Part shown: positions 36,940-49,990 of the stretch, piece by piece
Position numbering within the stretch: the first letter of the stretch is position 1
Layout of the letters: each line of letters opens with the position of its first letter
Program-made: the position numbers and the translations under genes
The notes under the pieces: model-generated
Told to the model about the DNA's origin: nothing
What the model saw: only the letters and a program-made list of their open reading frames with translations
Database searches by the model: none
Source: Camelus dromedarius
Taxonomy: Eukaryota
Assembly: GCF_036321535.1 (NCBI RefSeq)
Contig: NC_087436.1
Span: 119,414,001-119,478,000, forward strand
Direction of reading: 5' to 3'
Length of the DNA: 64,000 nucleotides

Positions 36940-37259
36940 GAGGGAGGAAACAGGCCGGGTGGCCTGCTAGTAAGGCGGGCGGGGTGCGGAGGGCCGAGCC
37001 GCTTCCTCCTCTGGACGGGGGCTTTGCAGGTGTCGTGGCGCTCCCGCGCTGCCCCATCTGACGCTGCCCGATCTGACGCTGCCCGCAGCTCCGGGCACAC
37101 TCACTGAGACACTGAAGAGTGGAGAGGGAGGAGCTGCCCCTCTGACATGTGTTCTGGAGGTGTCTGTTGTGCCTCCAGCGGGCTCAGAGGGGATTCAGAG
37201 AGTGCAGTTGTAGAGCCAAAGATGCCAGTGCCCGTTCTGCCCTTCTAGCTGGGTGGCGG
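36940..37259 (+). promoter_or_regulatory. Candidate intronic promoter / alternative first exon of TBC1D14
   Basis: Local CpG cluster with GGCGGGCGGGG, a tandem ATCTGACGCTGCCCG x2 (37056-37085) and a strong donor CGG|GTGAGT at 37259/37260. Confidence 0.45.
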
Positions 37260-38922
37260 GTGAGTTGCTTTATTTTCCTGAACCTTAGTTTCCTTATCTC
37301 TGAAGTGACAATTAACGAGGCAACACGTGTAATAAAGTGCTTGGCACAGTGGTTGGCGCTGCGCTCTCTCTAGAACTTATCAGGGATCTTTTTTCTGCTT
37401 CTTGCTTGAATGAATGAATGAATGAATGCTAGTAAGTGCCAACTTGCCCAGGAGATGAGCAGCAGAAAAGGGAAAACAGAGAAACAAAGGACTCCATCCG
37501 TCCTGAAGGGTGGACGCCAGTGGATTTCTTTGGCCTTTTGACTTGACTGAAAGCAGGCCGCCAGTTAGTTTTTCCACGGTCTAGCCAGCGCTGCTAAGTG
37601 TGGGTCTTAAGGGAGCAGGAAGGTATTCTGGGAAATCCCAGCTGGGTTTGATGATCTGTTGCCTTCCCATTTGTGGGTTGGGAAACTTGTCTGTATCTGA
37701 GGAAAGAAACCTTTAAATTCAGCCACTTATTGTTGGGTGCTGACGTTGAAATTGGTGTTTGCCTCATGTGGGGAGGACAGGGACTTTTCACTGCGGAGTG
37801 ATGGAATTAGTAACATTCAGGAGGGGCCTGGAGTGAGCCAAGAAAGAGCATCTTCAGCCTGCACATCTGTTTATTTGTCCCACTTAGTAGCCAGATGGTG
37901 TTCCTGATAAACCGCACGGGCTGCACTGATTTCTCTGCGGTGGGTCTGCCCTGACTTCTGGAAGGTGAAAATCCTTAGAAATTTCACAGCCACAAGCAAG
38001 GTGGTTTTGGGAAGTGGGGAAGAGGAGACTGTGTTTGTTCTTTGCAGGATTCATTTGGCTTCCTGAGTTTATGAAGCACGTTCTGTACAGGCACCATCTG
38101 GAGATCACACACTGCATCTTTATGGAAGTTGAAGCTGTGGTCGGCCTGGGAGGGGTGATTCAGTACGAAATGCAGGACATCTTGTGGGAGCGTAAGAGTT
38201 TGTGGGGTTCTGAGAAACCCACAGGCAAACCCATTCCCGCAAAGCAGTTCTTCAGCCACCAGCTACTTTCTGCTTATAAATTAACTTCCCTTTCCCCAGG
38301 TGGATATAAGATCTGTTCTACTTAAAAAATGTTGGTGGAATGATTCAACAATTAAAACTATCTTATTCTGTTTTCTACCTTGAATAGTATCTATTCTGAA
38401 AGTATTTGTTTGTAGGACACCGAATATTTGATACAGCTAACATTAAATTCTTTTATGCCTTTTGTGTTTTCCGTAGGCACATCTTACTAGATTGCCACAT
38501 CAAATCAGCTAGTTCCTGTTTATGTTGAGTGAGTTGGGTTTGTAACTGAGAGTTGTTTCAATTCCAGTTCTGCTGATTCTTTGTTGTGAGTAGTTGTGGT
38601 TTGTCTCGGGATTCCTGTAAGGCCCTGTATATGGAACAATGATGAGTCATCCAGATTTGCCCAATTGCCACTTTGGGCCCCACAACAGTCTAGTTTTCCT
38701 GTTAATTCCCCTTTGCTTCCAGCCCGAGGCAAATCCAGGCTCTGTACAGGGTTACAGGGAGTGGTAGCTGTCTGCATCGATTTGAAAATTAGAGTTTGGA
38801 ATTAAGTCCCAGTTTCCTTTAGGTTTCAGATTTGTGTGTTCAACACATTTCATACCAGGAAAGGGGTGTACAGAGGAAAGGGTTAAGATGGACTCTGCCT
38901 CCCAGTTCATGTCCTGCAGAGG

Positions 38923-39085
38923 TGTCGACCAAAAATAATGCGCAGTCTAAAAGTTGAGAATTACGTTTTATTTGGTGGCCTTACTGAGGACTGTAGCTCG
39001 GAAAGGCAGCCTCTCAGATAGCTCTGAGGGGCTGTTCCGAAGAGGTTAGGGAGGAGCCAGGATACATAGGAGTTTTCTGCTGGGG

Positions 39086-39137
<52 letters not shown>

Positions 39138-39394
39138 CCATGTAGCACAAAAGATTACTGCTAATCACAAAAAACAGACATCTTACTCAGGTTAATGATT
39201 TTAGTGCGTTTCTATGTATAGGAAGATGCAGGAGTCTGGGCTGATTGAAATTATTCCTTTGATACTTATCTTGACTACCTAGGGCCAGTCTCCTGTTTTT
39301 CTCTGTCCTGAGTCCTCTCAGGGTGCACTGTTGGGCTTGATGGCTGCAGCATTCCTTGTTTACTGAAATGGCAGCCAACGTTTTTTTGTCCACA
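38923..39394 (-). mobile_element. ERV-type solo LTR (copy 1) containing a (CA)n tract at ~39090-39137
   Basis: TG...CA ends with a short inverted repeat (TGTCGAC / GTCCACA) and a minus-strand AATAAA near 38967. Clearly homologous to 56107-56565. Confidence 0.8.
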
Positions 39395-39814
39395 GGTGGA
39401 AGGGAGCCTGGTATGAGGAGGAAGAAAAGGGTGAGAGGCCAGTTAGATGAAAAATTATTTCCTGGCTCAACCCTTGGCCTGGCACCTGTTCAGTTACTCT
39501 AAGACATTACCCTGAAATGAACATGCTTCATTCCTTTTAGAAGTTCCTTTGACAGCAGTTGTTTTTAAAGCAGGAGAAATTGAGTGATGGTCAAAGTTTG
39601 TGGGGAGAACACATGAATATGTAACAAACTTGAAATACATATAATGGCTTAGACACAGTGGAAGTTTTTTCCCAAACCCTCCCAAGTTCGTTCTTTCTTG
39701 TGACTCTGGCGATTTCATCGTGAGGACTCTGGGCCCCTCTGCATCAAGCCAGAGAGGGGAAAAAGCCTGCAGAGGCTGGACATCGGAGGTGTTCTGGGCT
39801 AGGCACTCTTGAAA

Positions 39815-39950
39815 CCGTACCCATCACTCCACTTGCAGTTTATCTGCTGGAACTCCATCCTGTGACCACACCTACCTGTAAGGGATGTTGGGAAATGGGA
39901 CCAGTGCCCAGGATAATGAGGAACCGGGCTTGGTGAAGAGCTAGGAGCCT
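39815..39950 (-). mobile_element. MLT1-like (MaLR) LTR fragment
   Basis: ggaactccatcctgtgaccacacctacctgtaagggatgttgggaaatgg...gcccagg...ggcttggtgaagagctag. Confidence 0.55.
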
Positions 39951-40019
39951 CAGGCAGCCTTTTTTGGGGACCATTTTTCTTGATTCCCACTTCTCCTTTC
40001 TTCCTTCTTCATGAGAACT

Positions 40020-40510
40020 AAGTGCCTGGAGTCGATCAGTTGAATATTCTGTCATTCTCTTGCTTAAATGGTAGTTCTCACCACCTGCAACATAAACTCC
40101 AAAACTGACATAGGAAGCATTCTGGATCCAGCCCTATCCACCTCTCGCCTCCAGCTCCCATCCTGTGCCACAGCCACAAATACTGAGCTCGTTAGTTAGA
40201 GTCTCTGAACCTACCGTGTCTTATCTCTGCCCGTTCTGCTTCCTCTGCCTGACAAACTTCTGTTGTCCTTTAGGATTCAGCTGAAGTGACACCCCTTCTG
40301 AGAAGCCTTCTTTGATCACCCTAACCCCTTCCAGACCCCTCCTTTGAATCTCATGGTCCCTGAACTTCTTTTGAGGCAGCCCTGACACCCTCTGCAGCCT
40401 CCCTCAACAGTGAGCTTCCGGAAGACAGGAGCTACGTCTTACTCATTCTGTTTTCCTAGCCGAAGCAGGCACTTGGTAGATGCTCAATAAATAATCTTAA
40501 GTGAATGAGG
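40020..40510 (+). mobile_element. L2 3' fragment
   Basis: ...gtgagcttccggaagacaggagctacgtcttactcatt...ggcacttggtagatgctcaataaataatcttaagtgaatga. Confidence 0.7.
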
Positions 40511-42274
40511 GATAGACTATAAATCTAAATAAAGAGATCTGGTACACTTTTAAAATCTAAATATTTCCCTTTTCGGTTATATTATTGTTCTAGAATTTGG
40601 GAGAAGGCCCTTCCTAAAAGTTTGGTCTCCCACAGCAGGTCACCCAGTGGTGTGGGTTTCAGATGACTCACGTGGCGTCCGCACCTGTGGTGTCTGCAAA
40701 ACTGGCATGTTTTTCTGAGAGGTTTTTTTTTTGATGATAAGTGTTTTTACATATGTTTTCATAAAGCTGCTCATTGTTTAAAAATATGTAGGAAAATTTT
40801 GGCTTTTTATGTTCATCATTCTATGTTTGTCCTTTTCACTTTTATACCTACTACTAGTTTTCTTTTCTTGCTGTATTGCCTTACAGATTTTCTATGAATT
40901 TTAAACATAAGAATGTGTGCTGTTTGGTATCCTGCAAACTTTTTACTTATGGAAAACTTTTTCCTACATAATTAAAAATTAATTATTCATACACTTATTA
41001 ATGTCTTTGTGGCATTCCATCCAGTGAATCATTTACTTATCCAACAATAAGGAAATGGTTTTTGTTCCCGCTTTGGGGTGATAAAATTACCTGTGTTCAT
41101 GTAGTGTGCAGTGTCTGCATTTCAGGTGATTTCCTGAGACAGAATCCCAGAAGTGCTTCTTGCTTCCTAACTATGGTCCTGACCCCTAGTCCACTTGGAT
41201 CTGCCCTCTCCTGAGGTGATGACAGCGAGCCTCCAGGAGCCCCTGAGCTTGATGCAAGTTTACTGGCAGTGAAAAATCCAGCCTCTTGTTTTATGAATGA
41301 GGAAACTCTCAACAAGGGCTGCTGGACGGTTTGAATTGCTCACAGCTCAGGTCTCAGGTTACAGTAAACTGAAGTGTGGAAAGATTTGTCTTACCAGGTC
41401 CTGCTGTCTGCACAATGCAGATACCTTTGGTTTCCTCCTCTCCTTTTCCTGGACCCTTGCTCGTGGGACTGACTCTGAGCCCAGCATTGCAAGTTCACAC
41501 TTCCCTGCCTTTGCCTGAGATGCCCTCTCCTCTGCCCTGTGTCCCCTTGGCCAATTTCTGAACATCTTTAAGGCCCGGCACAGCTGACGCCTCTTCTGTG
41601 CACCCTTCCTTTCATCACCAAGGCAGAGGCAGCCTCCTACAGGCATGCTGCTCTCTGTTCCTGCAGCCTCAGTTTGGTCTAGCTTTGTTCTTGCTCTTAC
41701 TGTGAGTCCCTCAAGGGCAGGGCCTGGGTCTTAGTCATCCTTGATCCCTGATGCCTGCTGTTCTTGATTGGCCCTGGAACATTAGCAGAATATGGCTTGG
41801 TTCTGTCCACTGGAACAGTGTGGACTCTTGTTCTGGAGCCACATGTGAGAGACTGGTTTCTTTCAATCCACACGGGCAGCTGCTTCGTGTCATGCTCTGG
41901 GCTAGGCATTTTCCATATGAGACCAGGGATCTGCTGGGTTCCGAGGGCATGGCCTGGATTTGCTGCAGTGGAGGGAGAGGGCACACTCAGGTGGGCTCTA
42001 AAAGCTACCTGAGTTAGGAATTGGCATATAGCCTGGATCAGTGGAAACAGGAGATTGGAAGACCCTAGGAAAGTTTACAGTGTCAGGCAGGTGTTCACAA
42101 TTTGCTTTTACTTTAGTGAGTAGAATTGTTGGAATGGTTTAAAGCAAAATCTGAAAGTAATTCACTGTTCATGGAAACTGCTGGAAAGATGTTACTCTTA
42201 AATCCATATAAATTAAAGCATCAATTAAAGAAAAGAGATGGCATGAGAAGGGAACATTTATTAGTTAAGGAGCA

Positions 42275-42435
42275 AAGTTCTCAGCTGTTGCAGCACAATA
42301 GAATTGTCCAGGATAATTAAAAAAAAAAAAATCCAGGCCCCACCCTCAAAGATCAGTTTTAATTGGCTTAGGGTGAGATCTGGGCTTTAGGAGTTTTTAA
42401 AAACCTCCCTAGGTGATTCTAGTTGAGAACCATCC
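42275..42435. mobile_element. MER5-like hAT relic
   Basis: ccaggccccaccctcaaagatcagttttaattggcttagggtgagatctgggc...aaaacctccctaggtgattctagttgagaacca. Confidence 0.7.
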
Positions 42436-43619
42436 GTGGGAAATATGGACTTAAGTCCAAATCCAGCCCTTCAGTTTACTGCGTGACCTTAGGCAAGGTT
42501 ACATCTCTGAATTTCCTCATCTTGAGGAAAATCATAGATAAGTCCCTAGAGCATGGGGACCTGTGTCTCTGGTCTTCGGTAATTGTATTCCTTGAACTTG
42601 GCACAGTGCCTGGAACATGGTCAGTGCTCAGTACGTATTTGTTGAATTAAAAAAAAATAACATTCATGAATAGGGTTAAGATTAGATGAGATTCGAAGCT
42701 TGGCCGTATATAATGAATAAATTTAGTGTTAGTAATAAGCACCCTTAAGAGTCACAGAACAGGTACCTGAGTGGTGGTACCTCACTTCCTCTGAGAAAAC
42801 TGAGCAGTTCATTTCTTACCCAAAGTTAGGCAGCTTGTTATGAAGCTGGGATTTGAGCCCAGGCCTGCCTGATTCTGAATTCTGTGTATGCTTTTTCCAC
42901 CTTGGCTCAGATCTTACTCCTTAAGTTCCCTGAAATTGAAAGAACGTAGTCATTTCACCCTGATCCCCAGACCCCTCGTGGTTTGTGATGCTTACAGACT
43001 GTTACTACCTAGTGCCTCTGCTTTCCCTCTTTTTTAGTATTCAGTTGGAAATGAAGAATACATGTGTTTTTTCCCTTAGTAGCGTTCTGTACTGCATTGC
43101 ATAGGCATTTTTTCCCTGCCTTCTTTCTCTCCTTGTGAAAACCTAGGCTGATGTTAGAGAATGCATCCCTGTTTAATTTTTCCTTCCTATATTTAACTGT
43201 TGGGAGTGTCTGAAGGAGATTCCAAGGAGGTTGTGATGCAGGGGAACACTGGGTTTTGTTTTGGACTCTGACTTATCAGCGAGAGGCACACAGGCGGGAG
43301 TGTGTTTCAGGGTTAGTTAATGAATTACCTGTTAATGCAGCATATCCAGCAGGTTTTATGCCAGGCCTCAGGGTAGGATCCCCACCCCCACTTTGTAGTG
43401 GGAGGTGATGCGTGAATAACCAAAATACAGTCCCCAGCTGGCTGTCAGACATCAGTCAGCGTGAACGTGCTCTGGGGGCACAGAGGAGGGACTAGGCAGG
43501 CTGGGGCCCCTCAGCCTAAAAGGCTCTGGAGGAGAGTGGTTTGAGCTGATTTGGTGTTTGCTGAGGTGTCATGTGGTAATGGGGACAAGTGCCCACTGGC
43601 GAGTGTTACCAGTACCTTC

Positions 43620-46110
43620 CGGGTCAGTTCCTCGCTCCCCAAGGGCAACCACTGCCTGACTCTGTCGTCATACCTGAGGTTTCCTTTTTTTTTTTTTTTT
43701 TTGGAACTTCAGATAAATGGAGTCATACAGCACATACTTTTGTGACCAGCTTTCTTTGCTCACCTTTGTCCGAGGTTCACCCGGGTGGTTACTGTGTGGC
43801 AGCAGGGTTCATTTTCTTTCATTCTGTATAGTTTTTAGTTGTATGGATGTACCTCTCTGTGTTCTCCTATGGATGGATGTTTGATTTGTTCCGTTTTTGA
43901 TGACTGGGCAGAGTGCTACTCTTAATGTTTCTGGTGCCATATACCTCAGGGTGAGAGTGCTGTCTGCTTGAGTGGATGCTGCCGAGTGGTTTTACCATGG
44001 GGTGGTACCAGCGCGTGCTCCCACTAGCAGCATGCAGGGGGTCGGGGTGCTCCACATCCTCTCCAAAACTCAGCGCTGTCAGTCTTCTGTTTTTCTTTTG
44101 TTTTTCTTTTTGCCATTCTGGTAATAGGGTAAGGGTATGTGGTTTTAATTTAAATGTCTGATGACTAATGATTTGATGCACTTTTTCTTATCTTACCATT
44201 GAGAATCATCTGGTGTGACCTGCTTGCTGTCTGAGGTTGTCTTACTGATTTGCAGGCATACTTTATATGTTCAGGATGAGAGTCCGTTGTGAGATATGTG
44301 TATTGCAGTACCTTCTGCACTATGGCTTTTGTTTTTATTCTAATAATGTTTTTGAATTTTGTTTTCTTAACAGAATTTCTTAATTGTAATGAATTCAGCT
44401 TTACAGAATTTTTCTTTTTACAATTAGTGCCTTTTGCATCCTGTTAAGAAATTCTTTTATCTTCTAGAAGCTTTGTTTTGCTGTTACCAACTAGATCCAT
44501 GATCCATCAGAATTAATTTTCTGTATAGTGTGAGGTAGTGAGCGGATAATTTTTATTTATTGTAAAGGTCACCATTCCCCCTGAACCTTTGAAATAAACC
44601 TGGTGACCATATATGTTCCATCATTTATTTTTTCTTTCACTAATATTCAAGACCTATAATAGGTCTTGATAGCTAACAGAGTAAGCCCTCTTGCTTTGTT
44701 CTTTAACATTATTTTGGTTATTCTAGGTCCTTTTCATTGCCATAGAAATTTACAAATCATTTTGGCAGTTACCACAAAGAATCTACTGTGGTTTTGTGTG
44801 GGATTACCGTGAAACCATGGGTCATTTTTTACTATGTGTAGACTTTTGATCTCTGAATATGGTACGCCCTTCCATTTATTTAGGTTTTCTTTAATTTCTC
44901 CACAATATTTTATAGTTTTTTAATGTAAAGCTTTTGTGTTTCTTTCATTAACTTTATTCCAAGACATTTGTTATTTTTGATGGTTTTAGAAATGCCATTT
45001 TATGAATGTTGAAATGGAGTTAATTTTTGTGTATAGAGCTTGAAACCTGTGGTCTTGCTAAATTCAGTTCTAATAGTTTATGGATGCTTTGGATTTTATC
45101 TGTAGAAAAATCACGTTGTCTGTGGATGAGTTTTGTTTCTTTCCAATTCTTACACTTTTTATTTAGTTTTCTTGCTTTATTGCATGACTAGGAATTCCCA
45201 TACAATGCTGAATTGAAGTGGTACTGGTCCCTGGGAAAGCTTTTACCATTGCCCCTATTAAGTGTGATTTTTGCAGTAAGATACCTTTTATCAGATACCT
45301 TACTTTAAATTGAATACCTTTTGTTAGATTAAGGAAGATCCCTTTTATTCCTAGTTTTACAGTTTAAAAGCATCATGAATATGTTGTATTTGTCAAATGC
45401 TTTTTTTCCCCTGTATCTGTTCATGGTAATATGTGTTTTCTCCTTTATTTTGTTTATGTGGTGAATAACATATTTTTCTAATGTTATGTAAGCTACCTTT
45501 GCATTCCTAGAATAATCCCAACTTGTTCTTGATAAATCATCCTTTGTGTCTGTCATTGGATTTGATTTGGATTTGATTTGCTAATATTTAAAAAATTTTT
45601 CTATCTCTGTTCATTAAAGAGTATAGCCTGTAATTTTCCTTTCTTATAATGTTCTTGTCAAGTTTTGGTACCAAGATTATGCTGACCTTATCAAATGGGT
45701 TGAGGAATGTTCCGCCTTCTGTTTTCTCAGAGTTTCTATAAGACTTTTCTGTGGTAGTTAAATGAACTGACCAATGTATTAAAACTCAGAACTGTACACC
45801 AAAAAGTCAGTTTTCTTGTATATGAATTAAAAAAAATAAAAGCTTTTGCAGGAATTTTTAAAGTGTGCACACATACTCCATGTCAAATGATCCTCTAAGG
45901 GCATCAGAAAGCCCTGGTTTTTTCTTGGTGAGTAACACTTGTAAATGTATTCATTGAGCGTCCTAATAAATTTGATTTGAGTGTGTGTGGAGGGGATTAA
46001 AAGGTTTGTTCTCTGAAAGAGTTTGTGTATTTCTTCCTTCAAAGTTGGGAAGAATTCACCAGAGAGACCATCTGGACCTGGGTTTTTCTTTGTGATTTTT
46101 AAAATGATGG
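43620..46110 (-). mobile_element. Old L1 (L1M/L1ME-like) ORF2 3' portion and 3' UTR, fragmented
   Basis: T-rich plus strand; minus-strand remnant YVIHHINKIKEKTHITM...KKAFDK (L1 ORF2 RT region, 45329-45556) and FGEDVE-like C-terminal remnants. Confidence 0.85.
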
Positions 46111-46436
46111 ATATTTTTGGAAATTACTTTTTGTTGAGGTATGATTATAAAACATGAACACTGCAGGTTGAGGAAGCATTTGGAAGGATGTGGGAACACG
46201 AAGCTGTAGGGCCTACAGTGCAGGAGAAGCATCCTGAGGAGGAGACTGTGCTGAAGAGGCGGGTACGGGCCTATGACTCCGCTGTGGTCAGGCTGTGAGT
46301 GATTGCTCTGCCCTCCCCCTCAGCAGCTCACCTGCCAGACCGAAAAATGGCCACGGACTCCTTGGGTAGTAAGGAATTTGACCAGAAGTTTTAAGTAGGA
46401 TAGCAGGAAATTTAAGTGTGTAAATATAGTCAGAAC

Positions 46437-46615
46437 CGTGCTTCTCAAACTGAAGCAGCATCAGAGCCACCTGGAGGGCTCTTTAGAGATTGTGGGCCCC
46501 ACCCCAGAATTTCTGATTCAGTAGGTCTGAGTCGGGCTCAAGAACTTGTATTTCTAGTCAGTTTCCCGGTGATGCTGCCTCTGGTCCCGACAGCCCACTT
46601 TGGGGTCCACAGCAC
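46437..46615. mobile_element. MER5A relic
   Basis: gtgcttctcaaactg...gcatcagagccacctggagggct...gggccccaccccagaatttctgattcagtaggtctg. Confidence 0.85.
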
Positions 46616-49600
46616 TACGGAGTATGTTGGTTATGTTGGTTAGTGTCAGCTGCACTGGACAGGGGTTTGTCACTTTTGTTCACTGGTCCCAGGGCCTGGT
46701 ACAGACTAGGTGCTCAGTACCACTCTTGTGCCCTCTTATCGCCCATATTTGATCATCTGTCTTGTTTTCTTTTTAATTGCAAAGGTAAAACATGCCTGTT
46801 TGATTTTCAAAAAAGCAATACAGAAATTTGTAATGTAAAAGTAATATTTCTCTCTTTATTCCTCACCACCACCTCTTGCCAGAGACAACCATCTCCTGAC
46901 TGTCTCCAGTCGGACTTCTTTTTGTGCAGTTGGAAACATACAAACACGCCAACAGGTGGTTTTCTTTTTCAAGGGGACTAGGGGGCTGATTATTACAAAG
47001 AGGACCCTGGCTGGGCACCTGAAGGGTTGTTTCTACCATGGGCTAAGTGTTGACGCTGGACTGAATGATGCCTGCCCCAAGGGCCGGCCAGCCCATCCTA
47101 ACTTCTTGTGGGTTTAGAATAGATCAGTTTTATAGAACTTGACATTGTCAGTTAGATATTGTCCTTCAAACTTATTTAACGCTATTTGAAGTCATGGAGG
47201 GAGAATCCCCTAGTGATGGTTCTAACGCAGGTATTTGGACAGAGATTTATGTGACTGTGTTTGTGACTCATGTTAAATACCTGATTGCTTCTCACAAAGT
47301 GCAGTGTCTGGCACGTGGGAAACACACAAGGTTGTTCCAGATAGGATTTTGCCGTGCTTGGCCAGCAGTGCCTGCGGGTTTTATGGCTCTGGGTCTCCGC
47401 AGGGTGCTGAGATGGGCACTGGAACCAGTCCCTCAGCTTTGCTTCCCAGGCTGCCTGCATTCCTCCCTCCGTGACTAGCGAGGAGTCAGAGCCCTGCCCC
47501 CACCTGCCTTTCCCGCCAGTTCGCTCCACCCTGTGTGCCTTAATTTTCTAGACTGTGTGCAGCAGGGCTCCGAGGGGCCCATGGTGCTTCCCTGGAATGG
47601 TGGTTCCAGCGGCCAGGGCTGTTTCGAGGGGAGGGTCAGTGCTTCTGTGACTGTCCTTTCAGAGCTGAGTCCTTACCCTGGACACAATGGCTGTCTCCCC
47701 TGCGCTCCTGTTAGTGGACAGGTTTGTGGTTGCAATCTTGCCTTTCTTGTTTTGTAATTGGAGACTTAACTGGAGCAAGCTTTCTACCGTGTATGATTTA
47801 ACCCCCAGCCCCGTGTTGGGCAGAGCTGTTTCCTTGGATAGTCCTCAGTTGAAAATGGGTGTGATCTAGCAGGGGCCTACTGTGTGTGTGTGTGTGTCCC
47901 AGGACCGCTCCGGCCTGTGTTAGACGCATGCGCACTGCCCCATCTTGAGTTGACTGTCAGCACTGTTTTTAGGGATTGACAGTTTAGCATCAGATGCTTC
48001 TTCGGGAACATTTTCTGAGAGAGGAGAGACTCCAGATACTTCTAGCTCTTGGGCACTTTTATGTGTGTGTGAAACTAGGGATTTTTGGTGCAGCGGTTGA
48101 TCGCAGTAATAACACCTGAGTGTCTTCCTTACCCACCTTCCTAATACCCACGGGGTAGGTGGGATTTAATCACCCAGGAGGTTTGCTATGCAGACTGCTG
48201 TTTTGTCTTCCTTGTTTCTGGGACAGTTGAAGCGGACTAGCCTCTAGCCCTGTGTTTTCAGAGCAGAGTCAGAGGCCTAGTGTAAGGATACGTGGCAGTG
48301 GGGCGTGTCAGTTTTTGAGGGGTGGAGATCTGGAAAAAAATACCTTGGAAATGGGCTGTAGAGGAATCGTTGGAGATTTTCCCCCTCTCTGCCTCAGATG
48401 AGTATATTTATATACCCCTTCAGGAGCAAGTTTCTTAACCTCGCCGCGCCTGTTCCCTGGTAGTTTAATGGTGACTGTAATACGTTTCTTATTCACACGT
48501 TAAATGCGTGTGAAGTGCCTGGTGCAGGACCAGGTGCCTGACAGGTGTTCTGCCAAAGGCAATTAGGATTCAGGAAATGGTGGAGAAGATACCCATCGGG
48601 GCCTGGCAGTTCTCAAGGGAACTGAATCACGCTACGTGTTTCTGCTTATTTCTGATTGCTTTGGAATCAGCAATTGCTAACAGTTTGTTAATGAGACGGG
48701 AGGTAAAGAGCAAGATGCCCCAGGAAATTACTGAATTACAGACGGGAGTCTACACGTACAGCATCTTGAACACGGAGGACTTTAGAGGTTTATTTCTTAA
48801 GACTCCGAGAAGTTTTGAGAAATCTCTGATGAACGTCATGGCTTGTGAAACCTGCTCCACCAGGTCAGGGAGGGTTGCGTCCTTCCCATCCAGCTGCCCT
48901 ACACCTTCCCGGATGGCCTTGATTCCAGATGAGCAGGGAGCAGCCTTGGTTCAGCTGTGTGTGTCTGGGCGGGACTCCTCAGCCTCCCTGACTCCTAGCT
49001 TCCTCTATTTTAAATGGGCAGGAATGGTTCTCATGTAATCTTTATGAAAATTCCCTGAAAAAGCACGCATTGAGTCTTTTCCTCTTTGCCAGGAGCTACT
49101 CTAGACACTACTCTAGACTCCAGACACGCCACAGTAAATAGAAGAGACAGTATTCACTGATACAGCCTCACGTCCTGGTGACGAAGACAAATAAAATCTC
49201 AGGTTGATAGTATCCAGGAATGTATTTGAGTGCCCGCTTAGAGCTTTGATGGACGCTAGCGCAGGGACCCAGGTCCGGCATCTCGTAGCCCTTTGTCCTC
49301 AGTGAGCATTTTTAATTGCTCCTGGAATCACCTTCTTTCAGCTTCAGTAGCTTGGGAAAGCTAAGTTTGTGGGGTGGGGGTGGGGGGAGAGGAAAGTAAG
49401 AAGCTCAACCTCACAGCACTTATGAAGAAAGGGTCTTGGTCCTTTGGCTCTGTGATTGCTTGTCTGAAAACAGAGAGGGCACGTTGGATGTGAGTCCTTG
49501 CTGGAGGTTCACCTGCTAGAGTTTCATCACTTGTGAGCACGGCAGCTCCTGTGTCCCTGGTCCCAGGTTTCAAAAGCCAGAGATAAGAGTTGGGTTAATG

Positions 49601-49629
49601 ACAACGTTAATGATACTTAACGTTCAGAA

Positions 49630-49990
49630 GCCCTCACTGGTACCTAATTTTGTGTGCATAGTTAGGTCCTTTTTCTTGAAGAGGATTCCCCAAATTGTAT
49701 AAGCTTCACAACTCCCCAGAACAGGGACCTGACCTTGCACACAGGCGATGGGAGTGCTAAAGTAGGAATGATGACTTGTAGGGCACCGGAGGGGCCCAGC
49801 CAGAGGACCTGCCCAGCGCTGCCTTCTGGTCCTGCAGGAACACAGGCCCGGTGAGGCCAGATCCTCCCAAACTTCCAGAGAAGCCAGACACCCAGGGCTT
49901 GCTGTGATTTCTCGATATTTAAATACATTGATAAATATTTCAAATTGAAAAACACTGTGTAGACAGAAACACAGGCTACTGGTGTGTCCT
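49630..49990. mobile_element. hAT-family DNA transposon fragments (family uncertain)
   Basis: gtacctaattttg...ccccaaattgtataagcttca and ccagatcctcccaaacttccagagaagccaga...aaaaacactgtg resemble MER-type hAT relics. Confidence 0.4.

Noticed and set aside
48577..49038. 153-aa ATG-initiated intronic ORF
   Set aside because: No recognisable homology, the 3' end runs into a MIR, and there are no retrogene hallmarks (poly-A, TSD).
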